DNA of 62,230 nucleotides, filler included, from Candidatus Delongbacteria bacterium (GCA_016937995.1; 6 parts of 6 records of this genome joined end to end with filler, not necessarily neighbours in it), one strand, 5' to 3'. Shown: positions 9,665 to 21,156, counted from the first letter of the whole stretch. Program-made: numbers and translations. The notes: a model not told the origin generated them from the sequence alone.

Positions 9665-10795
9665 CTAAACCATTTCATTTGCATCAATAACGTTTACTCT
9701 GCTGCCCATCTTCTTCTGGATAACTTTGAAATGGTGCAGATCATCAGTAGTCAATATTGAAATAGCCACTCCTTTAGTTTCTGCACGACCCGTTCTTCCG
9801 ATACGGTGAACATAATCCTTTGGCGAACGTGGAAGATCGAAATTTATTACATGAGGTAAAGAGTCTATATCAATTCCTCTTGAAAGGAGATCGGTTGCAA
9901 CTAAAACCTGAATATATCCTGATTTGAAATTCGTTAATGCTAACGTTCTTGCTGTCTGACTTTTTTTACCGTGTGTTGAAGCTGCTATTATTCCATTTTT
10001 GAAGAGTTTTTCAGCTAAATTATCCGCCTTCTTGGTCGAAGAAGTAAAAACAAGAACATTGTCCATATTTTCTTTATTGATTAAATGTCTTAACAGAAGG
10101 CCTTTTTTGTTTGCATCGACCAGATAAGCTTTTTGTTCGATCAGCTCTATATCAAATTTATCAGCTTCTATTTTAATTACTACAGGGTCGTTCAACAGAA
10201 CTCTGTTAAGATCTTCAACATTTTCTGTCAGAGTAGCTGAAAATAATAAATTCTGTCTCTTTTTCGGCAATAGAGCAAGTATCTTGTCAATCTCATCTTT
10301 AAAGCCAAGATCAAGGATCTTGTCAGCTTCATCCAATACCAGAGTATCTATATCGAAGATCTCAACTGCATTTGATTCTATCAATTCGATGAGTCTACCG
10401 GGTGTAGCCACTAATACATGTACTCCCTGAAGAGCCTGCATTTGTGTATTTATTGATACTCCTCCGTAAACAGCAAGAGTTTTTATCCGTTCAGGAAGGT
10501 TCAAAGCAAATGATCTAAAGACTTCCTTGACCTGATTTGCAAGTTCACGGGTAGGAACAAGGATCAATGCATTAGCCTTTCTATTCCTTGGTCCCAGATT
10601 ACCGATCAAGCTCATCAATACAGGGATCACATAACTCAGAGTTTTACCTGAACCTGTTTTTGCAATACCGAGGATATCTTTTCCTTTTAAAATTACAGGG
10701 ATAGCTTCCTTTTGAATAGGGTAGGGTTTAGAAATATCATGATCAACTAATTTATCTATGAAAAATTCAGTTACACCTAAAGACTTAAATGTCAT
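9665..10795 (-). CDS. DEAD-box RNA helicase (RhlE-like)
   Basis: AKTGSGKT, PTRELA, DEAD, SAT, HRIGRTGR motifs. Confidence 0.95.
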   Translation of the reverse strand: MTFKSLGVTEFFIDKLVDHDISKPYPIQKEAIPVILKGKDILGIAKTGSGKTLSYVIPVLMSLIGNLGPRNRKANALILVPTRELANQVKEVFRSFALNLPERIKTLAVYGGVSINTQMQALQGVHVLVATPGRLIELIESNAVEIFDIDTLVLDEADKILDLGFKDEIDKILALLPKKRQNLLFSATLTENVEDLNRVLLNDPVVIKIEADKFDIELIEQKAYLVDANKKGLLLRHLINKENMDNVLVFTSSTKKADNLAEKLFKNGIIAASTHGKKSQTARTLALTNFKSGYIQVLVATDLLSRGIDIDSLPHVINFDLPRSPKDYVHRIGRTGRAETKGVAISILTTDDLHHFKVIQKKMGSRVNVIDANEMV

Positions 10796-10798
10796 CTT

Positions 10799-13700
10799 CT
10801 ACTCCACCCTTACCGATTTCTTTCCCTCAATCCGTTCCACAACTTTCTTAGCCTGTCTTCCGTATGAATCATTAGGGTGGTTTGTTACTATCTCAGTGAG
10901 TATTTCAAGGGCTTTATCATATTCCTGAAGTTCTTCGTAACATAGTGCGGTTTTGTACATGGAAGTAAGTTTCCATTCAAATTTGGAATCGATCTTTATC
11001 AGATATTTAACTTTTAGGAATTCCGATATGGCTTTTCTAAAATTGCTCATCATCATGTATGTTTCTGCAATAAAGAACTGGGTTGCGGCCTCATCATCAC
11101 CCTTTGCCTCATACATCAGTCTTTTAAAGTATTCCAAAGCCTGGTCATATTCTTCGTTCCTCTGATAGATATTACCTATCTCAATACGTTTCTGGAAGAC
11201 ATCCTCTTCATCAGGGTAGAGGGAAACATAACTTCTTATCATCTTTGCGGCAGCATCATCAAATCCGAGTTTAACATAGAGGTCTATTATGTATTTATAT
11301 GACTGAAGTTTCAGTTCATGGTCCTTAGGATGATTTATAACGTTCTGGAAAGAGGTTATAGCTTTATCATACATTTCTCTGTTATTGTAAATTGCTCCAA
11401 GGTGGAAGTTCGTTTCAACAGCAATATCATCATCAGGAAATTTTGATATCAGTTCACTCCAGGTGTCAAAAGCCTCATCTTTTTTTCCTATATTATACAT
11501 TATCACAGCTTTTCCGTACATAGCTTTAGGCACAAGCACACTTTTGGGATAATCATTTATTAATGCTTTGTACCCTGAAAGTGCTTTGTCCCAGCTTTTC
11601 ATAGAAAGATAAGAATTTGCTTTTTCAAGATAGAATTCAGGTTCAAAAATATCTCTATCATATTGTTCTCTATGTTTTTTTCTGAATTCTTTTAAAAGCT
11701 GATCAGCTTCAGTTATTTTTTTCTGTCTGAATCTGCCATGGATTATCTTAGCTTCGATCTCAGTAGTATCTTCAGGATTGTAATCTTTTATTATAGCTTT
11801 ATATTGTTTGATAGCTGATTCATAATTTCCTTTATCCAGGTCAATATCAGCCAGTGTCATGGCCGCCAGATAACTTTTTTCACCTTTTGAAAGTTTTTGT
11901 ATCTCTTTGAGATTGTTCTCCAATGATTCGGCATCGTTCCGGGATCTATAGATATCGCTAAGATTCAGCAGTACTTCCTGTCTGTATGTATCAGCGCCGG
12001 GTTGTGAAAGATAATTCCTGTAGTAAAATTCAGCCTTATCATAATTTTTCAGCTCAAAATAGATATCAGCAATATTCTTTGAATAGTTATTCAGCTCAAA
12101 ATTCCATCTTGGTGAAATAATAGTGCTGTTCTTTTTTTCATCAAGTGCAATATAAATACTTAAAGCTTTCTCATACTCTCTGTTATCGGCATACACATCA
12201 GCAATAATAGGATCCACATTTTTCACAATGTCAGTATAGTAAAAATCTTTTTTAATTAAATTCAGATCAGATATTTTCTCTGATACTTCTACTGTTAGTA
12301 ATTCGGAAAGTTTTGATAATGAATTGAGCTTAAATATATCATTTTGTTTTTTAGCTGAGATCTCTTTGTATATCTCTATGGCTTTATCTTTATTGCCTGT
12401 CTTGTAATAAGCCTCAGCAGTCAGGAACCTGATCTCATTGAAATATTTTGAGTTCGATCTTGTTCCCATGAACTTCTCTGAATAACTTAAGAATCTCGGC
12501 AGGTCGTTTCCTTTATACATATCGGTAATGAACTTATAGAATATGATACCGTCAATATCATCGATGCCAGTCTCGATCAGTGCGGGGAATTTCCCCTCGA
12601 TCAATCCTTTAGCTTCTTCAGCAGGGAAAAGTTTTTTGATCAGGTCATAAAGTTCAACATAAGTTCTGATCAGGATCTTCTTATTAACTCCATCAGACGG
12701 TTTGCTGATCACAGTAGAATAGTATCCGTAAGCTTCTTTGAGTTTCTCATCATCGGTCTTTTCAATACTTACCAGAGAAGAACCAAGAAGATATAAACAC
12801 TCTGGATCAGGTTCAATCTTCTTTGACTCAATAACGCTAATGTATTTCTTAAGGTATTCAGCAGAACGGTAATAATCTTTCATCTTGTAGTAATAAAATT
12901 TCCCCCAGTCATATATGAGCTTGTCTGTGTTTTCTTCGAACAGTTTTCTTGATGACAGGTCTGCTATCTCATCCAGCAGGTCCTCTTCTCGGATCTTGTA
13001 TTTTACCAGATATTCCTTTCTTGCTCTCGCCATAGTATAAAGTTCTGAAGCTGGGTATTTATCGATCAGCATTTCATAAAGTATCAGTGAATTCTTGAAA
13101 TCCTTTGATTTTAATGCTGACTCACCGGCTAAGAATATTGCATTGTCAATATACTCTGAATTCGGATAGTTCTGAGAAAATTCTTTCAGCATCTCGTATG
13201 CGAAAGTATATTTCCCTGATTCGTAGTAAGATTTACCGATCCTGAACCTTAGTTCAGGTGAATTTTCATCCTCGGGAAATTTCTCTATAAAAAACCTCAA
13301 AGCAGTTATACCTTTATCATACTTTTTTGCTTTAATCTGATTCTCAAAGCTTGCCAGGAGTGCTATTTTTATAAGTTCATCAGTTTTATTTATAACAGAA
13401 TCGACCTGAACAGAAGAGAAAAGGATATCGCCGGCTTTTTCATATTCTTTCATCTCTGAAAAAACATATGCTGTCTTAATATGCATTTCCAGAGTGTTTT
13501 CTGTTGTTTGGGCTATTTGAAATTCATCAAGGGCTTTAGCATAATTACCTGTAAAATATTCAAGCTCTCCTTTCAGTAGGGATATTGTATAAATGTACTT
13601 CTCAGGCACTTTTTTCACATCGTATAAAAGTGTACGGAGTTCTTTGAATTTTTGATTTGACATAGCAAGATCAGCATATGAGATCAAAGCGGGGAAGTAG

Positions 13701-14428
13701 TATTCGTCATTTGAATTGTAGTCTTTTAATATCTTTTTAAGGTCTTTTTCGGCGGTTGCGAGTTTTTTTTGCCTGATAGAGAACAGAGCATGGTCATACA
13801 GTACATTGCTCTTAAATTCCTTGTTGTCAGTACGGATAAGTTCATTGAATGTTCTCTCTGCAAGAACTGTCTGATTTTCATTTTCCTGTATCTTTGCAAG
13901 GATCAGCATTGATCGTTTAGTAAAAATGTTCGCAGGATATTCCTTTCTCAGAACAGATATATTGTCCTTGGTTTCATCGATCAGTCCGATGCTGTAAAAT
14001 ATTTCAATTGCTTTGTACGCATTCTCAGGTATTCTGGATGATTTAGGGAAATAATTCTTTAATTGTAAATAATATCTGGCTGATTTTTCCTTGTCACTGG
14101 TTTCTAAAAGTTCTGCAGATCTGTTTATTGCCAGCTCACAATACTCTGACCTGGGGTAATTTAATATGATCTTCTGAAAATTTGATAATGCTTTTTCTAC
14201 ATCATTCAGCTGGAAATATGAATCTGCCAGATGATATTGTACTTTTGGAGCTGAAATGGAAGAACCATAAGTTTCGAGGAAAGATCTGAACTGAGTTATT
14301 GCCACATCGTAAATTTTGTTGTTATATAGCTTGAATCCGTATGCCAATTCAGAACTTTCATCGGATTGGGAGAATACCAAAGATGATAAAAGTACGATTG
14401 AAATTAGAATATATCTTATTGATCTCAT
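10799..14428 (-). CDS. Large exported tetratricopeptide-repeat protein (CpoB/BamD-like repeats)
   Basis: Signal peptide; many TPR units ending YP.S. Confidence 0.85.
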   Translation of the reverse strand: MRSIRYILISIVLLSSLVFSQSDESSELAYGFKLYNNKIYDVAITQFRSFLETYGSSISAPKVQYHLADSYFQLNDVEKALSNFQKIILNYPRSEYCELAINRSAELLETSDKEKSARYYLQLKNYFPKSSRIPENAYKAIEIFYSIGLIDETKDNISVLRKEYPANIFTKRSMLILAKIQENENQTVLAERTFNELIRTDNKEFKSNVLYDHALFSIRQKKLATAEKDLKKILKDYNSNDEYYFPALISYADLAMSNQKFKELRTLLYDVKKVPEKYIYTISLLKGELEYFTGNYAKALDEFQIAQTTENTLEMHIKTAYVFSEMKEYEKAGDILFSSVQVDSVINKTDELIKIALLASFENQIKAKKYDKGITALRFFIEKFPEDENSPELRFRIGKSYYESGKYTFAYEMLKEFSQNYPNSEYIDNAIFLAGESALKSKDFKNSLILYEMLIDKYPASELYTMARARKEYLVKYKIREEDLLDEIADLSSRKLFEENTDKLIYDWGKFYYYKMKDYYRSAEYLKKYISVIESKKIEPDPECLYLLGSSLVSIEKTDDEKLKEAYGYYSTVISKPSDGVNKKILIRTYVELYDLIKKLFPAEEAKGLIEGKFPALIETGIDDIDGIIFYKFITDMYKGNDLPRFLSYSEKFMGTRSNSKYFNEIRFLTAEAYYKTGNKDKAIEIYKEISAKKQNDIFKLNSLSKLSELLTVEVSEKISDLNLIKKDFYYTDIVKNVDPIIADVYADNREYEKALSIYIALDEKKNSTIISPRWNFELNNYSKNIADIYFELKNYDKAEFYYRNYLSQPGADTYRQEVLLNLSDIYRSRNDAESLENNLKEIQKLSKGEKSYLAAMTLADIDLDKGNYESAIKQYKAIIKDYNPEDTTEIEAKIIHGRFRQKKITEADQLLKEFRKKHREQYDRDIFEPEFYLEKANSYLSMKSWDKALSGYKALINDYPKSVLVPKAMYGKAVIMYNIGKKDEAFDTWSELISKFPDDDIAVETNFHLGAIYNNREMYDKAITSFQNVINHPKDHELKLQSYKYIIDLYVKLGFDDAAAKMIRSYVSLYPDEEDVFQKRIEIGNIYQRNEEYDQALEYFKRLMYEAKGDDEAATQFFIAETYMMMSNFRKAISEFLKVKYLIKIDSKFEWKLTSMYKTALCYEELQEYDKALEILTEIVTNHPNDSYGRQAKKVVERIEGKKSVRVE

Positions 14429-14441
14429 ATTTTTACTCCCG

Positions 14442-14600
14442 TGTCATCCTTCCCGATTTATCGGGACAGGATCTTGTCATTGCGATCCCGACTCGTCGGG
14501 AGTGGCAATCTTGATTTATTATCTGTCCCTTCGGAGACGAATGGGAATCGTCCCCTACGAAACATATTTTTTCGTACGTACTCAACAATTTGAGCCCTTA
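14442..14600. repeat. Cluster of palindromic intergenic repeats
   Basis: TCCCGATTTATCGGGA (14451-14466), TGTCATTGCGA..GTGGCAATCT (14475-14511), reverse GTAG REP (14533-14558); each recurs elsewhere in the window. Confidence 0.7.
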
Positions 14601-15878
14601 TGTTTTAACTATGTATTTTTCAACTTTCTTAAGATCTTCCTGATTTATAACAGCTTCAACCAGTACACCTTCATCTGTAAAATCCTTTGAAAGTACATTT
14701 CCGAAATCATGTAACTGAGCCAATAATTTCTGTTCTTCGAACGGGAATAGCATTTTATAAATTCCGGAAAGATTCAGCATGTCATCGATCTTCTTGAGTA
14801 ATTTATCAATATTCTCTCCTGTTACAGCAGAGATTATGACTGATCTCGGATATTTATCGATGAATATCTCTTCTCTGACACGGTGTTCTGAAAGTCTGTC
14901 AACTTTGTTGAAAACCAGAACCGAAGGTATTTCATTGGCTTCAATCTCCTTCAATACGGTATCAACAGCTTTGATCTGTTCCTCACAATTATCATCTGAT
15001 ATATCGACCACGTGGACCAGTAGATCAGCATCGTTAACATCCTTCAAAGTAGCTCTGAATGAAGCTACCAGATTTCCTGGTAAATGAGAAATGAACCCCA
15101 CCGTATCCGATAGTATTATATTCTTACCTTTTTCAAGTTCAAGTGATCTTGCAGTTGAATCCAGAGTAGCGAATAATTTATCTTCAACAAGCACATCAGC
15201 ACCTGTTAGTTTATTGAATAGAGTTGATTTCCCCGCATTGGTATATCCGACTAGACATACTTTTTTTACATTCTCTCTCTGTTTTCTCTGGGTGATCTTC
15301 TGTCTCATTATATGAGCAAGTTCCTCTCCGATCTTTCCAATTTCCTGCTTTATGATCCTTTTATCTACTTCGATCTGCTTTTCACCCATACCTCTAGAAG
15401 CACCCATACCACTTCCGGAAGCACCTCTTTCTCTGTCTAGATGTGACCATAGTTTTTTTAGCCGTGGTAGCTGATACTTTAATTCAGCAAGTCTGACTTC
15501 AAGCTTTGCTTCTTTAGTCATTGCATGATCATGAAAGATGTCAAGGATCAGCTCGGTTCTGTCTATAGCCTCTATTTCATGAAGTTTTAAAATATTTCTG
15601 CCCTGAGTAGGGGACAGTTCGTTGTCGAATATTAAAATATCCGCTTCGACCATTTCCATTTTAGCTTTAATATCCTGAAGAAATCCTTTACCGACATAGG
15701 TGGTTTTATCATAATTCTTTCTTGATTGAATGAATTTACCCTTAGTTTCTATTCCGGCTGTGTCAGCTAATCTTTCAAGTTCGTCCAGTGATATTTCTTT
15801 TTGTAAAAGGTCTTTTTTATTTAAACATACACCTATTAAAAATGCCTTAGGTATAATTTTTTCTACAATAGTTTCCAT
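14598..15878 (-). CDS. hflX: GTPase HflX
   Basis: GYTNAGKS, DKLFATLD, DTVGF, NKVD motifs; start set at ATG 15878 behind a CAGGAG RBS. Confidence 0.96.
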   Translation of the reverse strand: METIVEKIIPKAFLIGVCLNKKDLLQKEISLDELERLADTAGIETKGKFIQSRKNYDKTTYVGKGFLQDIKAKMEMVEADILIFDNELSPTQGRNILKLHEIEAIDRTELILDIFHDHAMTKEAKLEVRLAELKYQLPRLKKLWSHLDRERGASGSGMGASRGMGEKQIEVDKRIIKQEIGKIGEELAHIMRQKITQRKQRENVKKVCLVGYTNAGKSTLFNKLTGADVLVEDKLFATLDSTARSLELEKGKNIILSDTVGFISHLPGNLVASFRATLKDVNDADLLVHVVDISDDNCEEQIKAVDTVLKEIEANEIPSVLVFNKVDRLSEHRVREEIFIDKYPRSVIISAVTGENIDKLLKKIDDMLNLSGIYKMLFPFEEQKLLAQLHDFGNVLSKDFTDEGVLVEAVINQEDLKKVEKYIVKT

Positions 15879-15914
15879 GTATCTCCTGTGCTGGAGACGC
15901 AAAAAATTGCGTCC

Positions 15915-17264
15915 TTACAATAATTTTGAAGCAAGTTCTGACAATTCAGATCTTTCTCCTTTTCTAAGTGTGATATGTGCATACAGTTCCTGATTTTCCA
16001 GTCTGTCAATAATGTATGACAGTCCATTAGATCCAGAATCAAGGAAAGGTGTATCTATCTGATAGATATCACCGGTGAACACAACTTTAGTTCCCACACC
16101 AGCTCTTGTTATAATAGTTTTAACTTCGTGGGGTGATAAATTCTGTGCTTCATCGACTATGAAGTATACATTACTTAAAGTCCGGCCTCTGATGTATGCT
16201 AGGGGAGAGATAACCAGTTTTTCTCTCTTTTGTAATTCATTTATGATCTCATACTGATCTGAACCTTCTTTGAAATTATTCTGTATGAATTGAAGGTTAT
16301 CGTAAAGAGGCTGCATATAAGGTTCAATTTTATTCTTTGCAGTTCCCGGTAAATAGCCGATATCCTTGTTACTTAACGGTACTATCGGTCTGCTGAGAAA
16401 TATCTGTTTATAATTTTTTCTCATAGCCAGAGATGATGCAAGTGCAAGTAATGTTTTTCCTGTTCCGGCAGTTCCGGAAATAGTAACAAGTCTTATCCTG
16501 TCATCAAGAAGGGCATCTATAGCGAATGTCTGTTCTGAGTTTCTGGGGTTTATACCAAATACTTCTTTACTTTCAACCTGCTCTATCTGCTGCTCGAAAT
16601 GACTGTATTTTGCCAATGCTGATTTTTTACCGCTTTTAAAGATGTAGAATTTATTCGGGTTCAATGGCAGATCATCTTTTAAAGGTGTGAATTCACTTAC
16701 CGGTATTTTCTTATTTGTAAGTAATCGGCTTAAAACATCATCATCAACATCTTCCAGCGTCTGAACACCCGTGTACAACTCTTCAACGCTTTTTATCTTA
16801 CCTTCATTATAATCAATAGCTACTAATCCCAAAGCTCTTGCTTTGATCCTCAAATTCATATCTTTTGTTACAAATTTCACTTCCTTATCAGGATTATCTT
16901 CGATATAATTTACAGCTCCCGACAGGATATAGTTATCTTCTTTGTTTCCTGAAAGTTTGTTCCTGAAACCATTTCTGAAACTTACGTCAGTTATTACAAA
17001 GACCTTTCCTCTTCCTTCTCCAAGATCTATACCGTCAGTGAATAAAGTTGCTTTAGGTGCATTATCACCACCTGAAAGCTCGTCAATTTGTCTGATAAAT
17101 TCTCTGGCACTGAAGTTCAATTGATTATGGCCTTTCTTAAAATCATCTATTTCCTCTAAAACTGTAATAGGTATTCCGATATCTTCACTTCCGAATCCTT
17201 TAAGACAGTTGAAATCGTGTAAGATTACATTTGTATCGATTATGTTCACTATGTTGTTGCTCAT
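15915..17264 (-). CDS. PhoH family protein with N-terminal PIN domain (PhoH2/YlaK type)
   Basis: IIDTNVILHD PIN motif, GTAGTGKT, YIRGRT, DEAQN; start set at ATG 17264 behind AAGGAG. Confidence 0.92.
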   Translation of the reverse strand: MSNNIVNIIDTNVILHDFNCLKGFGSEDIGIPITVLEEIDDFKKGHNQLNFSAREFIRQIDELSGGDNAPKATLFTDGIDLGEGRGKVFVITDVSFRNGFRNKLSGNKEDNYILSGAVNYIEDNPDKEVKFVTKDMNLRIKARALGLVAIDYNEGKIKSVEELYTGVQTLEDVDDDVLSRLLTNKKIPVSEFTPLKDDLPLNPNKFYIFKSGKKSALAKYSHFEQQIEQVESKEVFGINPRNSEQTFAIDALLDDRIRLVTISGTAGTGKTLLALASSLAMRKNYKQIFLSRPIVPLSNKDIGYLPGTAKNKIEPYMQPLYDNLQFIQNNFKEGSDQYEIINELQKREKLVISPLAYIRGRTLSNVYFIVDEAQNLSPHEVKTIITRAGVGTKVVFTGDIYQIDTPFLDSGSNGLSYIIDRLENQELYAHITLRKGERSELSELASKLL

Positions 17265-17470
17265 TATGACTCCTTTTTTTACAAGACGTAGTGGTATTAC
17301 GTCTTTACGGTTCGTATGGACGCTGTATCGCAACGTCTCGTTTTTTGTTTTCTCTGGCTCGGTTTTGAACCGTGCCCTACGTTCTAAAAGTTATATATCA
17401 TATTGTCATTAATCAATAATAATTTATGATATAAAAAAAAGCCCGTTTATCACGGACTTTAAATTCTAAG

Positions 17471-17554
17471 TGCTGAAGAGGAGATTTGAACTCCTACACC
17501 CGTTAGGGCACCAACCCCTCAAGCTGGCGTGTCTACCGATTCCACCACTCCAGC
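17471..17554 (-). tRNA. tRNA-Leu(GAG)
   Basis: Cloverleaf with long variable arm, anticodon arm CCAGC-TTGAGGG-GTTGG; downstream of secG as is common; CCA not encoded. Confidence 0.95.
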
Positions 17555-17576
17555 AATGAAATCTTTAAGAATTGCT

Positions 17577-17993
17577 CTACTTGTTCTCTTCTACCGGAAC
17601 TGGTTCGGTTTCAGTAGAAGGAAGGGTTGCTTCACCTGAAGTCTCTTCGGCTGCATCATCCAAAGGTAGTTTCTTGTCATCAAGAGTTGGTAATCCTTCA
17701 ACAGGGACACTGTTACCTTTTTGCATGATCAAACTCTGTTCAGTTGTCTGATTTTCAAAATGGCTTCTTGACATAAGACCGATAACAATAGCCAAAACGA
17801 AGAATGATACGGTCATAGTTACTGTGAATTTGTGTAAGAATGATACAGTTTCTCTTGTTCCGAAAGTGGATGATGCACCACCAACTCCACCAAAAGTACT
17901 TGAAAGTCCGCCTGCATTATTTGACTGCATAAGAATAGCTAACATCAAAAATGCTGCATTTACTACGAAAATGAATAATAAGAATGTGTACAT
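17577..17993 (-). CDS. secG: Preprotein translocase subunit SecG
   Basis: Two TM helices flanking ILMQ..GGLSSTFGG; adjacent tRNA-Leu. Confidence 0.9.
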   Translation of the reverse strand: MYTFLLFIFVVNAAFLMLAILMQSNNAGGLSSTFGGVGGASSTFGTRETVSFLHKFTVTMTVSFFVLAIVIGLMSRSHFENQTTEQSLIMQKGNSVPVEGLPTLDDKKLPLDDAAEETSGEATLPSTETEPVPVEENK

Positions 17994-18162
17994 TTTATAT
18001 ACTCCGATTTATAATTTTTTGTTTACAACTAACGCGCCCTAATTTAATCCAATTACCCTGATATGTCAAGTTTTTATTTGTAAATGAAAAATTGCAATTT
18101 GCTTAAAAGTTGAGAGTTTACGGTTGAGGGTTCGCTCAAAACTCTAAACCCATAACTCACTA

Positions 18163-19206
18163 CTATACAATTATTCCTCCGCCTATGACGTAATCTCCAT
18201 CATAAAGCACTGCTGACTGTCCGGGTGTTACTGCAAAAACAGGCTCATTAAAGATCAATTCAACTTTATTTTCTCCGATCCTTTTAGCGATACATGGTTT
18301 GTCTGAGGAATTGTATCTGATCTTGGCGGAGCATTTGATCTCGTTGTTTATCTCACTTAGTAACCAGTTAAGATCTTTGATGATCACATTGTTTGTATAA
18401 AGATCTTTTCTTTCAGCAATGATCACCTGATTTTTTTCTCTGTCAATTTCAGATACGAACATTGGAGTAGTATATCCGCCTCCCAGGCCTTTTCTCTGAC
18501 CAATAGTATAGAAAGGATATCCTTCATGTTTGTTTTTCTGTTTTTCGCCACTATTTAATAATATAACACCTGAACCTATAGTTTTAAATTCGGCGAAATT
18601 ATCAATCAGAAAGCTTTTATAATCATCGTTTGAAATGAAGCAAATCTCCATACTTTCCTTCTTTCTGGATATGCTAAAACCTGCTTTTACACATATATCC
18701 CTGACGTCATCTTTAACCTTTCCATCAAGAGGAAATAATATCTTGGGAAGAATATTTTTATCTATTCCGTAAAGAAAATAGGATTGATCCTTCTTTGGGT
18801 CTTTACCGCGTTTGAGATAATATTTATCATTTTTGTGCTCAATTGTTGCATAATGCCCCATAGAAAGAAGGTCGCAACCAAGTTTTTGACCTTCTTCATA
18901 AAGTTTCTTCCATTTTATAGTTGAATTGCAAAGAACACACGGGTTTGGAGTTCTTCCGGCAAGGTATTCATTCTTAAAGTTCTCGATGACCGTATTCTTA
19001 AAATATTTTCTAAAATCAAAGAAGCGATGTTCTATGTCTAAAATTCTGCAAACTTCAACAGCATCAGAATATTTTTCAGGAGTATCAGCAGGAGAGAGGA
19101 GCATCGTTCCGCCAATTACTTTGTAACCTTGTTCTTTCAAAAGATATGCAGCTGCTGAACTGTCAACTCCACCACTCATTCCAACTAAAACTTTAAGTTT
19201 GTTCAA
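18163..19206 (-). CDS. mnmA: tRNA 2-thiouridine synthase MnmA
   Basis: MSGGVDS, TPNPCVLCN, KDQSYFL, TIGQRKGL, TPGQSAV; probable TTG start at 19206. Confidence 0.96.
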   Translation of the reverse strand: MNKLKVLVGMSGGVDSSAAAYLLKEQGYKVIGGTMLLSPADTPEKYSDAVEVCRILDIEHRFFDFRKYFKNTVIENFKNEYLAGRTPNPCVLCNSTIKWKKLYEEGQKLGCDLLSMGHYATIEHKNDKYYLKRGKDPKKDQSYFLYGIDKNILPKILFPLDGKVKDDVRDICVKAGFSISRKKESMEICFISNDDYKSFLIDNFAEFKTIGSGVILLNSGEKQKNKHEGYPFYTIGQRKGLGGGYTTPMFVSEIDREKNQVIIAERKDLYTNNVIIKDLNWLLSEINNEIKCSAKIRYNSSDKPCIAKRIGENKVELIFNEPVFAVTPGQSAVLYDGDYVIGGGIIV

Positions 19207-19375
19207 ATTATTTCCTAAATTGTATAATAACTGTGCGATAAGTTGTATTGTCATTCTCGGACTAAATCCTGGAATCCAGAAGTTGTGGGTTCAAGATGTT
19301 GAACCCTTACAATCACCTTGGACATTGGATGTTCCGTGTTGAATATTGGATATTGGGAACGCATTTATGCGTTCA

Positions 19376-20542
19376 TTACATCCAAGACATACTCCTAAGT
19401 CTTTCTACTGCTTTGATCACTGCATTACCTGCAAATTCGATCTCTTCCATTGTATTATTTCTGCCGATAGAGAACCTGATTGAACTTTGAGCATCTACTT
19501 CCATTAGACCTATACCGAGTAGAACTCTGGACGGTTTAACACTTCCTGCCGAGCATGCAGAACCTGTGGAAACAGCAACTCCTTCCATATCTAATGCCAG
19601 TAGCAACGATTCTCCTTCAACACCATCAAAAGAGATGTTTAAGATTCCTTCATACCCTTCTTCTATATCACTATTTAGGATAATATCTTTAACATCTTTT
19701 GAGATTAGTTCATAGAGTTTGTTTCTCAAGGAACCTATTCTTTGAATGTCTTTTTTGTATGTCTTCATTGCGATCTCAGCAGCTTTTCCAAATCCGACAA
19801 TACCCGGTAAATTTTCTGTCCCGTTCCTCTGTCCCGATTCCTGTTTTCCACCGAATAATATTGGTAAAATATCTACCTTGTTACGTACATACAACAAACC
19901 AACACCTTTAGGGCCGTAAATCTTATGTGATGAAGCTGATAATAGATCAATGTTCATAGTCTTTACATTGATCGGGATCTTAGTGAAGGATTGAACTGCA
20001 TCGGTATGAAATAAAACACACTTTTCTCTGCATATCCTGCCGATCTCAGCAATATCGTTAATAGCTCCTATTTCATTATTTACATGCATTATCGAAACTA
20101 TCACAGTGTCGCTTGTCAAAGCTTTTTTAACTTCATAAGGTGAGATATGTCCTTTCTTATCAGGTTTTAAATATGTGACCGTAATAAGTTGCGGGTATTT
20201 TTTTTCCAGCATTCTGCAAGTTTCATAGACTGCACTATGCTCTATTCGGGATGTTACGATATGAGCTTTATTGTTTTTCTTAATATAATTTTCAACAAAG
20301 CCACGAATCGCCCAGTTGTCAGATTCAGTTCCACCTGAAGTAAAGAATATCTCTTTAACTCCTGCATTTATCACTTTGGCTACTTTTTCTCTGGCATTAT
20401 CCATAGCATATTTTGCCTGTTGCCCAAAGAAATGGATAGAAGATGGATTACCGAATTTTTCCACCATGTATTCGGTCATTATTTTTGCGACTTCAGGATC
20501 AACCTGAGTTGTTGCACTGTTATCCAGATAAATATTCTTCAT
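19376..20542 (-). CDS. iscS: Cysteine desulfurase (IscS/NifS)
   Basis: YLDNSATT, FTSGGTE, HKIYGPKG, STGSAC; upstream of mnmA. Confidence 0.93.
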   Translation of the reverse strand: MKNIYLDNSATTQVDPEVAKIMTEYMVEKFGNPSSIHFFGQQAKYAMDNAREKVAKVINAGVKEIFFTSGGTESDNWAIRGFVENYIKKNNKAHIVTSRIEHSAVYETCRMLEKKYPQLITVTYLKPDKKGHISPYEVKKALTSDTVIVSIMHVNNEIGAINDIAEIGRICREKCVLFHTDAVQSFTKIPINVKTMNIDLLSASSHKIYGPKGVGLLYVRNKVDILPILFGGKQESGQRNGTENLPGIVGFGKAAEIAMKTYKKDIQRIGSLRNKLYELISKDVKDIILNSDIEEGYEGILNISFDGVEGESLLLALDMEGVAVSTGSACSAGSVKPSRVLLGIGLMEVDAQSSIRFSIGRNNTMEEIEFAGNAVIKAVERLRSMSWM

Positions 20543-20556
20543 ATATTGTTCCTTTA

Positions 20557-20961
20557 TTATTTTTCAAAGTTTGGTACAAAATCAGGGTCGTTAATGTATT
20601 TAAGTTCAAACTCTGCTGAACTTGCAAAAGAAGATCCGGGATAGTTTAATATCAGAGTATTGAAATATTTCTCTGCTTTAGTTGTATCCTGGATGTATGT
20701 CTTGTATATGTATCCTCTCATGAATAACGACTCATCCATATATGGATTTTTTGGATATTCAGCTTCTAGTTTGTCATACCATTTACTGCATTCGATCCAG
20801 TTGCTTTCACTGTAATATTTCTTTGCATAGGCATATACTTCCTCCATGTAAAGAAAATTATCTTCTTTTATCATTTCATTTGATGATGTGCAGGAAGTGA
20901 TAGTAATTAAATTGATTACCATAGTAATTCCAATGAGAATAATCAGTCGAGCGTTTTTCAT
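20557..20961 (-). CDS. TPR lipoprotein (BamD/CpoB-like repeats)
   Basis: Lipobox ITSC; TPR units ending YP. Confidence 0.7.
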   Translation of the reverse strand: MKNARLIILIGITMVINLITITSCTSSNEMIKEDNFLYMEEVYAYAKKYYSESNWIECSKWYDKLEAEYPKNPYMDESLFMRGYIYKTYIQDTTKAEKYFNTLILNYPGSSFASSAEFELKYINDPDFVPNFEK

Positions 20962-21156
20962 AGGGTAAATATAATAAAGAAATTAGAATTTAGAAATTAG
21001 AATTTGCAGGGAACTGATCAAATTAAATATTCATTAGAGAATTTATAAAATTCATTATATTCTGCTTGACTAAATAAGTATAATTAGGTATTTTCAAAGT
21101 ATCAGGATCATCATCATGTTTACTTTTATAAAATATGTGACGTGGAGGAGAGAGTT